From assembly GCA_000004985.1 (NCBI GenBank), contig GG738858.1: DNA of 64,000 nucleotides; one strand, given 5' to 3'. Made by a program: the position numbers and the translations under genes. Each line of letters starts with the position of its first letter. The first letter of the stretch is position 1. This DNA is from Naegleria gruberi. Lineage: Eukaryota. Under the pieces are notes generated by a model. The model was not told the DNA's origin and made no database searches. It saw only the letters and a list, made by a program, of their open reading frames with translations. Positions 1 through 11,493 of this stretch are shown here, in pieces.

Positions 1-641
1 TTTTTATCCAACTTTTCATCAAAAACTCCACCAGGAAATGAAACTTGACCTGTTAATACATACGTATACAATTAATTCATCACAAATTCACACAAAATTA
101 ACATACCAGCATGTTGATAATTAGTATTCTTCTTGGCAGGTGTCTTTTGCAATAACACAAGATAGGGAATCCTTCTTCCTTCCTTTTCACTCCACCTCTC
201 CACAAACAATGCCATCACTGCAGAAGATCTCACACTCTCATCAGGTTTCCTCGACAACCTCATCAAGTTTCCATTTCCATTGTATTCGTGAAAGGTAGAT
301 CTTGGTACTATAGCAGAATCTCCACTTGTTGCCAATTTTCTAAAATCCATCTTCTTTAATATTTCCATCAGGGAATTATCATGTTGTTGTTCTAGAAAGG
401 CTTGAACATTTGCAAAGTTAATATTGGATACTTCGGATAGGGCTTGTTCAAACTTGATTCTCTGCTGTGAATTTATGGTATGAAAATTACATTGATCCTT
501 TTGCTTTTTCATCAAATTGACACAATTAATTAGTGATGATCTTTTAGTTAGTGATGATGCACAAGTTGATGATCGATTCAACATTGTATTAATGCAATTA
601 ACATTAGGCTTAGACAACACAACAGCACGTTTCATCATCAT
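1..641 (-). CDS. Nudix hydrolase, CoA pyrophosphatase (NUDT7/NUDT8)-like; partial, continues past the window start. Exon 107-641, intron about 50-106 (GTATGT...AACAG, 57 nt), next exon 1-49
   Basis: The ORF ends ...LVLLQKTPAKKNTNYQHAG. Splicing at G|GTATGT joins it to ...QVSFPGGVFDEKLDK, which recreates the NUDT7/8 signature LLTKRS..H.G.VSFPGG immediately before the Nudix box. The first ATG is at 641. Confidence 0.55.
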
Positions 642-708
642 TTTTTAAATTTATTCTTTTCATTCCGATCGGAGGTAAAATTCTTCATTTCAAGGAAGAA
701 TAGCATTG
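642..708. promoter_or_regulatory. roughly 65-bp bidirectional intergenic/promoter region between the divergent Nudix (-) and thioesterase-like (+) genes
   Basis: ATG 641 (-) and ATG 709 (+) are separated by only about 67 bp. A similar 68-bp divergent spacer sits at 25936-26003 between the OCIA-like gene and AP-4 epsilon. Confidence 0.3.
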
Positions 709-1395
709 ATGATAGGAAAATTAAAATCAAAAAATTGCATATTTTTGATTACATTGTTACTACTTATTCATCACCTGCAGCAGCAGTTTGTTATCGAAAT
801 GTTGTTCTACTTGTTTGTAATTCTACTTGTTGTGATTGCACTTCTTGGTCTTGTCTATGTCTTGCCAATTGTAAAGGTTAGAACTGCTCGTCCGATGAAG
901 ATTTATGAAACCATTCATAGTTTACCATTGATTGGAAAGAGTGCTATTGCTGATTGGTACTTGTCCAAGATTATTTCTCTTTCTGCTCCTTACACTGCAT
1001 CAATTAGTCCAACTATTGAAGTAATGAGTGATGAAAAGACAGTGATTAGTATTCGTGAAAAGTATTCAATGAAGAATCCATTCAACTCTATTCATGCTGC
1101 TGCTTTGGTCAATTTGGGAGATTTAGTTTGTGGAATTCAAGTCACCAATCAAACTGGAGCCAAAAAATTGAGAGCCATTCCTGTTGAAATTAAGGCTGAA
1201 TATCCTAAAAAATCGAGAGGTAAAATTACAGCCACTTGTGAAACTATTCTTACAGATGTGAGTGAAATGCAACAAGTTAATGGTAAGCCTTGTATTAATG
1301 CAATTGCAGAGTTGAGAGATGAAAGTGGAGAATTGACTGCTAAGGTAACCATGTTGTGGAGTGTCGCTCCAATCCCTGATAAAAAGAAGGATTAA
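709..1395 (+). CDS. hotdog-fold thioesterase-like protein (PaaI/DUF4442-type) with an N-terminal hydrophobic segment
   Basis: 229-aa ORF. The track start at 706 is TTG; the first ATG is at 709. There is an N-terminal TM-like stretch. The segment NPFNSIHAAALVNLGDLVCG resembles the hotdog thioesterase active-site helix (HGG-type). It shares a bidirectional promoter with the Nudix gene. Confidence 0.4.
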   Translation: MIGKLKSKNCIFLITLLLLIHHLQQQFVIEMLFYLFVILLVVIALLGLVYVLPIVKVRTARPMKIYETIHSLPLIGKSAIADWYLSKIISLSAPYTASISPTIEVMSDEKTVISIREKYSMKNPFNSIHAAALVNLGDLVCGIQVTNQTGAKKLRAIPVEIKAEYPKKSRGKITATCETILTDVSEMQQVNGKPCINAIAELRDESGELTAKVTMLWSVAPIPDKKKD

Positions 1396-1611
1396 AATGT
1401 TCAAGTTCAACACTAATATGTTCTGCTTTCAAATTAGATCTCAATGATTGTTCACATAGTAAAAGGCCGCCAACTTTGCGAATAGTTCATTCTCTCAGTG
1501 CCAATAAGGATCTTGTTTATATGATGCGAAGGGGTGATTCCAAATATCCAATGTATGTAATAATAAGGATTATGTATTGAACATGCTAGATACCTTCCAT
1601 TGTTTACCCAA

Positions 1612-2808
1612 TCAATTAAGCTTATCTACAATGTCCCTCAGTTGAATGCATGATTGCTTGTAGTTTTTGAAACTTTCAGATGATTCTTCATATGAACCTA
1701 TTAAATCCTGTAAAACATTATAGGATTGCACACTCTGATATAACTTTCCAGAACTCACAAGGACTGAGCCAAGAGTGAGGGCACGAGTCCAACTGGTCAT
1801 TGATTCCCAGAATTTAATTCCAGTGTAAATATTTGAAATTAGAGAAACACTGCCTTCAATGCCTGAAAAAATAGCTGTTCTTTGGTGAGATTGGCATTTG
1901 GAGATTTCATTCTTCATGGACAATATCTCCTTTTCGAGACATCTTTCCACACTCTCAATATTTCTAATGAATCTCTTATAGTGCTCCCATGTTTTCTTAT
2001 CCATAAAATCGAGTACATCATCAATGATAAACAGTAAATCCATTTTGGTATTGTCAAGTATGGATTTGTAATTGGCATGTGTTTCTGTATAGACCTTGAC
2101 ACAATCTGAAACCTTTTTGTGAAGACTTGCAATATCATACACACCACGAATCATGATCGAAACCATTGCTGTTGATATAATTACATTTGATTTAATTTCC
2201 ACTTCCTTCTCATAAATTTCCATAATTTTTCTAGATTCTTCCTCTGTATTGTTATCAGTTTCTGTTGCTACTTGATTGACAATTTCTGAAACATTACTTT
2301 TTTCAATAGTAGCCCCATTAACAGCAGTCTGAGGAGTGGACTTCACTGGTTCACTCTTATCCGATGAGGATGAGGTCATTGAATTACTGATCGTATCACA
2401 TAAATGTCGTTGAACTCCCAAAGCCAAACACTTTTTATAACTATCATAGACCTTATCCAAAGATTCATTCAGGACAGGCTTTGGATCTTCCTTCTTTTCC
2501 AACAATTCCACAACTTTTCTCTTCAACTCGACTTGTGTTTCCGAGGCTACTTTTTTAGCATTGGAAAAACCTTGAAAATCCAAAGCAAATCCAGCCGATG
2601 ATGATAAAAACATGATATAATCATTTGGAGAATTAAAATTTGATTTTAAAAAGCGTTGAAAAATTCCTAATGATGTTTTCTTTTCTTCTTGTTTTGAAAA
2701 TGGAAATTCATCATTGGAATAAACATGATGGACTTGATCATTTTCAATTTGTGATCGGAGAGTAATGAGTTGTCCACGAAGAGTTTCAACCAGTGAATTG
2801 TCTTGCAT
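1612..2808 (-). CDS. hypothetical protein, 398 aa, largely helical/coiled-coil; no family recognised
   Basis: Long ORF with an ATG at 2806-2808 and an A-rich context. Composition matches neighbouring genes. Confidence 0.5.
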   Translation of the reverse strand: MQDNSLVETLRGQLITLRSQIENDQVHHVYSNDEFPFSKQEEKKTSLGIFQRFLKSNFNSPNDYIMFLSSSAGFALDFQGFSNAKKVASETQVELKRKVVELLEKKEDPKPVLNESLDKVYDSYKKCLALGVQRHLCDTISNSMTSSSSDKSEPVKSTPQTAVNGATIEKSNVSEIVNQVATETDNNTEEESRKIMEIYEKEVEIKSNVIISTAMVSIMIRGVYDIASLHKKVSDCVKVYTETHANYKSILDNTKMDLLFIIDDVLDFMDKKTWEHYKRFIRNIESVERCLEKEILSMKNEISKCQSHQRTAIFSGIEGSVSLISNIYTGIKFWESMTSWTRALTLGSVLVSSGKLYQSVQSYNVLQDLIGSYEESSESFKNYKQSCIQLRDIVDKLN

Positions 2809-2960
2809 TTTTTTTTTAATATATTATCATAAATATTAATATTTTACAAAATCCAATCAATTTAAAGAGATTCCAATGATTGATTGCATCCATTCTTGTA
2901 ATGAGGATTAATGAGAATAAATGAATTAATTTCATTTATTAGAGATTTAATCTCATTGGA

Positions 2961-3413
2961 TTACTTCATAAAAGTGAGACACTTTTCAATCATTGATTTT
3001 TCATCAATTTCATTTCTATTGCTGCAATGAATGGTTGTAGAAAGACCTGTCAACTTGTGTTTGACAGTTTTCACAATGGCAGCAACTTGAAACTTTTCCT
3101 TTACATTAGTTTCGTTTGGACACCAAGTGATAAACATCATTTTAGTTCTGGATCCTTCCTTGACTTGTGAATTTGTATTTTGGCTTGGCATTTCAAAGTC
3201 CAAATGATAAATAATAAATCTTGTATTCTTTTCGGGGAGTTGGTTTGTCAATTCTTCCAATGTTGAAAGTTTGGTCAAGTCGTGATCGATCAGAACAGAA
3301 TTTTCCTCCACTTTTAACACTAGGAATTTTAATTCTTTGTGATCTCCCTTTCCCATTCTCATCTCTTCATAGGTTTGAATAATTTCGTCGTCAAATTGAC
3401 AATTTAGCATCAT
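2961..3413 (-). CDS. actin-depolymerising factor / cofilin (ADF-H domain)
   Basis: 150 aa. [33 protein letters not shown] aligns with cofilin [42 protein letters not shown] matches CRYALYDATYE. The N-terminal region is also cofilin-like. Confidence 0.8.
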   Translation of the reverse strand: [150 protein letters not shown]

Positions 3414-4255
3414 TTTCAGTCTATTCGAATGTTGTTGTATTTTTGTTTGTGAAATATGAACCTAAAGTGAAAATATGGAAGCAAATTGAAAGCAACATTC
3501 CACTTCTACTGAATTACTATTTCCCAGCTAAAACACTTCCACTTGATAAAATCCTTAATATTTATTGAATCAGTAGAGGACAAGGAACAACATTTCATAC
3601 AATGTTCAAGTAAGGTACTGTATTAATGTGGGATTTCCCCTTTTTCAATGTTGCTTACGGTTTTCCACAAGTATCACCCAAAAAACATCACAAGAAGAAA
3701 ATCTTGTGGATATCTCTTTGAAAGCTCCAAAATCTTAATGCACATTTAAAATACCTTATATAATCTAATGAAATGCTCTACGGATTCATACCGTTTTGAG
3801 TGTTGTAATTTACAAAAATGGTTTATCGTAGTCACTTCTCGCGCAATCCTTCCAAGTGAGTTAAAGTAACAGTATCATTTAGGCGCCATCATGCTGAACT
3901 GCTTTACTGGTTTCGTGAACAGGATCACACGGGTGGGTTGCTGGACCATTGAACGTTCTACTTTGGCGCTGAATTTTTTCCCTCAAACTGTGTTTGTAGC
4001 TGTGCACAGGGATTTGGAGATAATTGATTTGGTGCCTTATTAGTGCAGATTTGGGCAATATTTGGATAAATATCTGTGTTGTATGTAAAATCTTTGATAT
4101 TTTATTTACATTGTTCTTGTTTGTTTTTATGCACATTGGTTTGGGGGTAGAATGATTTGAGGTGTGGGATTAACAATTTGATTAGGGTTTTCTAATCAAA
4201 TGTTGTTGTATATGATGTTGTGGGTGATGATATTGAGGATGGTGTTGATGAATAC

Positions 4256-5317
4256 TTATAAATATAATTCTTCTGAAGAATGGTTGGATGAATCAGATCC
4301 TCCCTTCTTCATCTCTGCCAATTTCAAGAACCATTTTTGAGCGTGGCTGGCGATTTGAGTTCTCTTTCTTGTTTGGACATAGTTTTCAGAAATGAGTTTC
4401 CAGTTCTTACCAACTTCTTCAAGACCTTTGAGGAATTGCTCATGTTCAGATCTTGTCCAAGTACCAGTATTGAATTTCTTCCCTTCTTCTTCATCAGTTG
4501 AGGAGGAAGAACTTGATCTCTTCTTTTGAGTAGCATGTTTTGGTTTTTGGATTTTTGACAAGGAGGCTTTTGGAGTGTCATCTCTAGTTGGTGATTTGCA
4601 TGATGAGGATTCAGATGCAAAGCTTGGACTCTTTCTATGAATATCAGTAACAGAGCTTGACCTAGAAGTAGAGACAACACCAATAATCTTTGAACGAGAA
4701 ATGAGAGAAGGAGAAGATATGGAATCAACTGGGTGGAATGAACTCAAATGAGGTGAATGATCGAACTTTGGAGCATAGTAATGACTTGTTCTAATAGGAG
4801 AGTGTACTTCTTGAACTCTGATGATAGGCAATTTGGATTGACTAGATTTGAATGTTTCAGGTGTCATTGTTGCAAGATGTATCAGATCATTAGGAATGGA
4901 ATGTGGTTGTTGATTTTGATAGGCAGAGGTGGAGTAGCATGTTGTAAGAGTTGTGCTATTACTAGTGGATGATCTGACTTTACATGCTTGGTTAGTGGCA
5001 TGTTTAGTACTATTCAGAGAAAATCTGAACAATTCATAACAGTTCGTACTAGAATGGATGTCACTTGAAGCAAGTTTTGGTTCAAGGAGAGGAGTTGATG
5101 ATTGTTTGCTTTCAGACATTTTTTCAAGATTGTATGTTGATACATGTTGACCAAAAGCACTATTAATCATCAATGAGTGTTTGGATAATATAGATAATGG
5201 GATTTGTGTTATCTCTGGATTTGATTGCATATTTGGAGTTGGGATGTTAGAGGCCAAAGGAGAGATGGCAGCAATCAATCGACTGTTTGATGGCTGACTA
5301 GATGTAGTAGTTATCAT
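4256..5317 (-). CDS. Myb-like transcription factor, SHAQKYF class (single Myb/SANT repeat at the C-terminus)
   Basis: The C-terminal sequence WTRSEHEQFLKGLEEVGKNWKLISENYVQTRKRTQIASHAQKWFLK carries the SHAQK(Y/F)F signature. The rest of the protein is S/T/P-rich low complexity. Confidence 0.7.
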   Translation of the reverse strand: MITTTSSQPSNSRLIAAISPLASNIPTPNMQSNPEITQIPLSILSKHSLMINSAFGQHVSTYNLEKMSESKQSSTPLLEPKLASSDIHSSTNCYELFRFSLNSTKHATNQACKVRSSTSNSTTLTTCYSTSAYQNQQPHSIPNDLIHLATMTPETFKSSQSKLPIIRVQEVHSPIRTSHYYAPKFDHSPHLSSFHPVDSISSPSLISRSKIIGVVSTSRSSSVTDIHRKSPSFASESSSCKSPTRDDTPKASLSKIQKPKHATQKKRSSSSSSTDEEEGKKFNTGTWTRSEHEQFLKGLEEVGKNWKLISENYVQTRKRTQIASHAQKWFLKLAEMKKGGSDSSNHSSEELYL

Positions 5318-8300
5318 TCTTGATGAGTGGCTGAGCTGTTTTTTTGGATTAAGTGTCTTCTCTTTGATATGATATCAGTATGGAAAGTATGTTTCCAGTT
5401 CTGGGTGATGGATCGTGAAGTGAGTTACTTTTTGTAATTAGGGAGATGGATAAAACAACAATGTAATCTTCTTATTGTTGTTGTATTCGTGGTTCTTGAT
5501 GATGATGATTGAAAATCAAGGATGAACTGACTTGGCGGGGAGTTACTCTAAGGCAATAATATATTATACTACACGTGAGTTGTTGGTAAATGGTATTAAT
5601 TGTTTTTTTTCTAACAAGCAAGATTAATAACACAAGTGAAGTGCTGCTGGCTGTGTGTAATACAGGATAAGTTGGTAAGTTGTGTGTGTGCAGGTGTTTA
5701 ACAAGTTTCAAGATTTGGCAATGCTCTTCGTTCTAGAGAGTGTTGAATCTATCTCTACTCAAATTTGAAGGTATTATTAATTAATGAGGGTTCAGATTAT
5801 ATAGAAAAAAGAGGGGCAATACGTTGTCCAAATGCAAAAAGGGGCGAAGTACATTTCGAGGCCATTGATTAAGGTTTCAACGTAGTCGAGCCCAAATAAA
5901 TCAAGAAGTATAATTAAGGTTTGTAAGGTCATGTTTGTTCGGTGAGAGAATTACATTCGATCAATTAAGAATTTCGGTTGGATGAGGAGTACAGTAGTTT
6001 ACGTGCACGCATGTTTCAGCAGAGCCATTCACATGTGTGAATTTGATAATGATGTTCCACATCAGAGTTTCATGAAAGAGCACATCGAACAATCAATGGA
6101 TCACACAACATAACACATTAGCATAGAGTTATTCGTTTGGAAGGTTCAAAGATCGTGCGGTAAGCTATTCATCGTAGTGGAATTTTCAACAACTTACGTT
6201 TTGGATGTTATTTTACGAGAGTGAATATTTGGTATTGTTGATAGCAAAAAAGAACAATGGTATTGTCGAGTAGTTGTTTGGCAATCTCTCGGTTGCTATG
6301 AGCGATTCGATTCTGGAGATATAAGATTGTTTACTAGAGTATCAAATTGACAAGTGTCAAACTGGTCTGTCAAGGATAACGAATGATAACGAAGATATCT
6401 AGAAAACGAGAGTTTAGAGGGTGTTCTTTTTTTTCGAGCAAGATAATCTTTTGGATGATAAAGTATCCTATTTATCCTCCCATTTATAGCCAAATCACCC
6501 ACTCAACGAATCACTCAACAATGCAAAAGATACACAACACGTACTTGACTTGTTGCAAGATCACACACATGAATGTTCTCAATATCTTCTTGGATTGCCT
6601 TCTTCAATTGGTCAAAGCAAGTCAACTACAAAAAACGCGGTGTTCGTGTTGGATAGATTTGGACCTTTAAGACTGCCTTTCCCGAACCATTATATCAATT
6701 TTCATTGAATGATTTGGATCAATACAAATGAACTTTTGGTTGTTTTTCTTTGATTGGTGTAATTGAACGAAAATCATCTCGCCACATTCCAATCGAGACA
6801 TTGCAATCCATAGCTATATATTCGAAACGATATCTCTATTAAGGACGGCAATGTTGCAACTCCATAATGAAGATTCTGTAAGTGTAGGTATTCAGACACT
6901 TACCAATTGACAATGGAATGGATTAAAGTTGTCAAACTAATTTTTCTTCAATGGTTTCTAACAATATTACAACAACATTCAGATTCATTAAATCACCACA
7001 ATATATTAATTGATACCAACTGACATCAACATTTTTTGGTAAGATAATTTATAAAATTGCAGATATAAGAGAATCACTTCCAAAAACACCATATTAAATC
7101 TAAAAGAACATGTCAATGAAAACGGAATCTACTTCCGTCTTGGATATTTCGCCATAACAATATCATACATGGTTAGGACACACATGCTAATTAGGTTCAT
7201 TATCAAAATCATATCTGTTGCAATGAGTGGATAATTTTGATAGTTTTCATAACATCATTTTGATTACTTGGTTATTTTCGATTCACAACATTTAGCCATG
7301 ATTCAACTCAGTTATGGTAAGAATTGAAAACTGTAGATTGGGATTAGTTGGAAATTGGAAATGTTGTAACAGAGGTCAATAAGTGCGGCACATATCTACT
7401 GAAAAGTGAAAACTTTGTTTCGAATTTGTAACTTTCGTTATCGTTGTATAAGAAACCTTGAATAGTAGGTACTATGTAATTATGACTTTCCATAGTAGAT
7501 ATTATTGTTATCAATGTTGATCTTGTAATCTTTACTAGTCCTCTAACTGATGGGCTATAACTCCTCTTATCATGAATCTTCGTTATTCGCTTCCTATTTC
7601 GAATAACAATGAAGGATAGGGAAATGGATAATCCTCGTAACATAGTAACATTCTTCTCACCTACTCAATCAAGTTGTCAATAGGTAAATTAAGAAACATT
7701 TCCAACCATATTGAAAAATTTTCATGTCTACTGTAGCTGTAACATGTCAAGAGCTCTGAGGTAGATTACTGTAGATAATTCAATTTACAGTTGATACTGT
7801 TCTCAATTCTCAGTAAAATTGTAATTGAAAATCATTACTTTGAGAGTTTTTCACCTGTTTTCAATGTAATCAGCTTGATACAATGAAGATTATGTTTTTT
7901 GTTTTGATTACAGCAGAGGATGAACATTTGAAAAATTTGAGTGATTGTAATAGATGGATTTCAATGCAAATTGTCCATTTCACGATTATTCTCCTATCGG
8001 AAAATATGAGCTAGACGAAATAGTGGCGAAACCATTGAGATCCTTCCTGATTACAGAATTCTGTGAAGGTTACTCAACCTGAACAGAAAGTTTCATCCTT
8101 AGTTAAAAATTGGCACCTGTTCGCCTGCTATTATGGAATACTTTCTTTTTGGATTGATTTTATCTTTTAATAAGCTTGCTCAAACCATCATCCACTTGGT
8201 CAGTATTAAAACAGCTGGGATTCTCTAATTTACAGAGATCATACCAGAAAATCATTAGTGTTTGGAACTGAGGTTTGTAAATTTTGTCCAGGGAGTTATT

Positions 8301-8419
8301 TTTTCTGAGTTACTGATCCACAAACCATTCGTCTTCTTTTATTTCTACGGAGAAGAAACTCCACAACACCATTGCCAAAACATTTTTTAAATTGTTTTAT
8401 TTTTTTAATTTTAAAAAAA

Positions 8420-11384
8420 ATGAGAAAAACTCTGATTGGCCGAAAAGCTGGAGACTCGGACCAATTCAAAGAGAAAAAGTCGGCAACAACAACATCACGA
8501 TCAACATTCTCTCTAGGAATACCCTTTAGGAAGAAGAAGGAAGCTCCTCCTGATAAGAGTAGTACATTTACGGGTGAGAGAAGGAGAAGTGATGATTCGA
8601 AATTAAATGATTTATCATCATTGGAAAATGGTGAAAAGAGAAGGTCTTCATTTTCGGAACAAAATGATAAAAGACAATTCGGATTGATTATGGATCAAGA
8701 AAATTTGGTTTCGAAAGAAAACTTTAAATTAACTGATGATAACATGTTAATGCCTGGAACTGCAGACGAATATAACGAGGATTTACTTCTTCACAAAGGT
8801 TATTTAGTGAAAGAGGGAGGAAATATTCACAATTGGAAGGTAAGATATCTAGTTGACTAGAAATTATTTAAAATCAAATTAGAGGAGATATTTTAAATTA
8901 TTCACAACAAGAATAGAATACTACAAGGATGAGGAACAAACCAAAGCCATCAAGAGCTTCCCAATTACTAAATCTACACAGGTTGGTGAAGCCCCTGAAA
9001 AAGGAAGCTCTAAACCTAACACTTTCAAGGTTGTGACAGCCGATAGAACATTGTTTTTATCAGCATCAAACAGAGAACAAATGTTCGATTGGATTAAGAA
9101 GATTACAACAGCAGCTCGTTCTATACATTTAGTTAAACCAAAACTAATGTCTCCATTTTTACATTTGCAAAAAGTGCCACTACTTAAAAAGAGTGCACCA
9201 AACTTTAAGGATTATTTAAGCTCTGCTGTAGAAAAGAAGAGGAAAATCAAGTCAACGAGTGCACTTTCCACAACTCCATTTGAGCAGTTAACAACAACAT
9301 TCACTCTCAATGAAAAGGAAACTAAAAGAACACTGGACGAATTTATCAAGCTATTTTTCGAAACTCAAACCGAAATTAATATTCAAAGCGCCTTAGTGAA
9401 AAAATCATACAAGAATATGTTCACGCAAATCAAGTCCTGTTCCAATTCTTCCACATTTGATTATGTTTTAAAAGGTACATGTCAATATGAAAAACCACAA
9501 CCATTTATTGGAGGATTTCCAATTTTCCTCAAAGGAACGTATTATATTGTTGTAAATTCTGATCAGGATATTTACTGGATTGGTTTCAAGAGTACCATCC
9601 TCAGAAAGGAAACCACTATTTTGGCAGATTTAAACGACGCCAAACGTGTAACTTACAAAGCTACTCAACAAGGAAAAGATGAGAGTTTTCACATTTCATT
9701 TGAATTTGATATATTGCATCAAGCAAAAGAAAAGGGTTCATTCTCTGCTATGGCCAACACTCAAAGCAATAAGATTGAATTTAGATTTTCAGATAGAAAT
9801 TTGTGGAGTTTTATAATCTTCCAACTTACAAGATTGAAAATTTCAGTCGTAGAAGGAGAAACACTGTTTACGAGTGATATTCCAGATGAAGAGCCTAACA
9901 TTGCTGAGAGATCTAGGGCCAAATCTTCTGCCGCACTTCCTTCTCTTCTCACAGAGGCCAAACAAGAGAGCAAGACTGATGTGCCAAGTGTTCAAAATAT
10001 TGAACCTACACCTCTCAAAGAGGAGAAACCTTTCGAAAGTGATGAAGAAAGTGAAACAAGCAATACTGATGACTCCCTAATGGAAAACGAAAAGGATACT
10101 GAACCCCTGACAGAAAATGATGAACTTACAGTAATTGAGAAATCTGAAAAGGTTTCTACTCCAATACCTGTCGAAGCAGAATCAATGTATTCAAAGAAGG
10201 TAAAGAAAAAGGAAAATTTAATATTCGATGCTTTCCACAATATCAAACGTTTAGAGAATTGTGCCCAAGATGAATTCATTTCAATATTTTCTCAAATTTA
10301 CTATAACCAATTCATTTCCAAATTTTCTTCTCGAGGTCCAGTTGGTGATTTTATTGTGTTTGCTGATGAGAGAGTGATAGATAAGATGTTCTCTTCCTTC
10401 TTGAAGGATAAGGAAAATTCACTAATAGCTACAGGAATGCTCTATATCACTAACCATTTCCTTTGGTTTGATTCCATTGACGATACTAGTGGAAAACCAC
10501 AAAACTATCAATGGATGATCCATCTCAAAGACATTGTCTCTATCAAAATTAATTTATCTGTATATATAATCAAGCTAGAACTTAATCAAAAACAAGTGTT
10601 ACATATTTCACTTACTGGTGAGGAATTCAATACTGGTTCGTTGAAACATGAATATGGTTTCAATGATTTGGTAACACTAGATATTAATGCTGTAACATCA
10701 ATGAGAGAAAAAAGATTTCTTTCATCTCTGCGAGTTGTATATTGCCTTGTAAACAAGATTCAATTTGCCTATAATTTGGATAGACAAGTATTTCACTATG
10801 ATGATAATTTAATTGCTTCTATTGGAAAGGAGGAAACTGATGATTGGTTAGATACTGATGACAGTGAAACAAATAGTGACAGCTCTGTTGAACTCAGTCT
10901 TCTAAAAGTGGGTAGTGTAAGAGAAACCATGATTACCAATTATTTTGAAAGGAATCAACAAGAAGATTCACCAACTGTTATTATACATAGTGAAACTGAT
11001 TTTGATGATACGACATTTGATGGAGAAAATGATGATAACCAAGAGGAATACTTTGACCTTCAATCATTTGATTTGGAGCTTGTAAAGAAGTTTAAAAACA
11101 AAAAGGTTACCCTAATGGCCAGACAAAATGTTGTTGATGATGGCAAGTTGATACATATTAAGGACAATAATGAAAAGACCATAGCAGAGATACGTGTTGA
11201 CAAATTCACCAATGTTGCACTAGTAGGCAAGAATGGATTTGCATTAACCCATCTGAAACGAAACAAGAAGGAAACCAAAAAAGACATAGAAACCCTTAAA
11301 TTCGAGTGTAAATCAACAGCATCTGCAAGTGATGTTGTTAACTATCTTTCAGAATTCATTTCAGGAGCCAATGAAGATATTTAA
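8420..11384 (+). CDS. PH-domain plus GRAM-domain protein. Exon 1 8420-8839, intron 8840-8882 (43 nt, GTAAGA...TTAG), exon 2 8883-11384
   Basis: ORFs 8372-8860 and 9033-11384 join across a 43-nt intron. The spliced protein is GYLVKEGGNIHNWK|RRYFKLFTTRIEYYKDEEQ...NTFKVVTADRTLFLSASNREQMFDWIKKI, a textbook PH domain (W-K-R-R-Y-F). Downstream, GMLYITNHFLWFDS...IHLKDIVSIK fits the GRAM consensus. The track start at 8372 is TTG; the first ATG is at 8420, behind an A-run. Confidence 0.75.
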
Positions 11385-11493
11385 CTTATTAAATAACAAG
11401 CAAACCTAATTTTTTAAATCAATACTTTTTAATTAATTTAATTACTTAAATTATTGTTAAATTATAAATTCCATCTATGAATTCAATACTTAT

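Noticed and set aside
706-708. Track start codons at 706, 8372, 15608, 26001, 30448, 37930, 53636, 55385, 40288 and 56229
   Set aside because: These codons are TTG or GTG. I used the first in-frame ATG, usually preceded by an A-run, or treated the segment as an internal exon.
3879-4136. 85-aa ORF in the GC-richer spacer between the cofilin and Myb genes
   Set aside because: It is short and has no start context or similarity. More likely UTR or promoter sequence.
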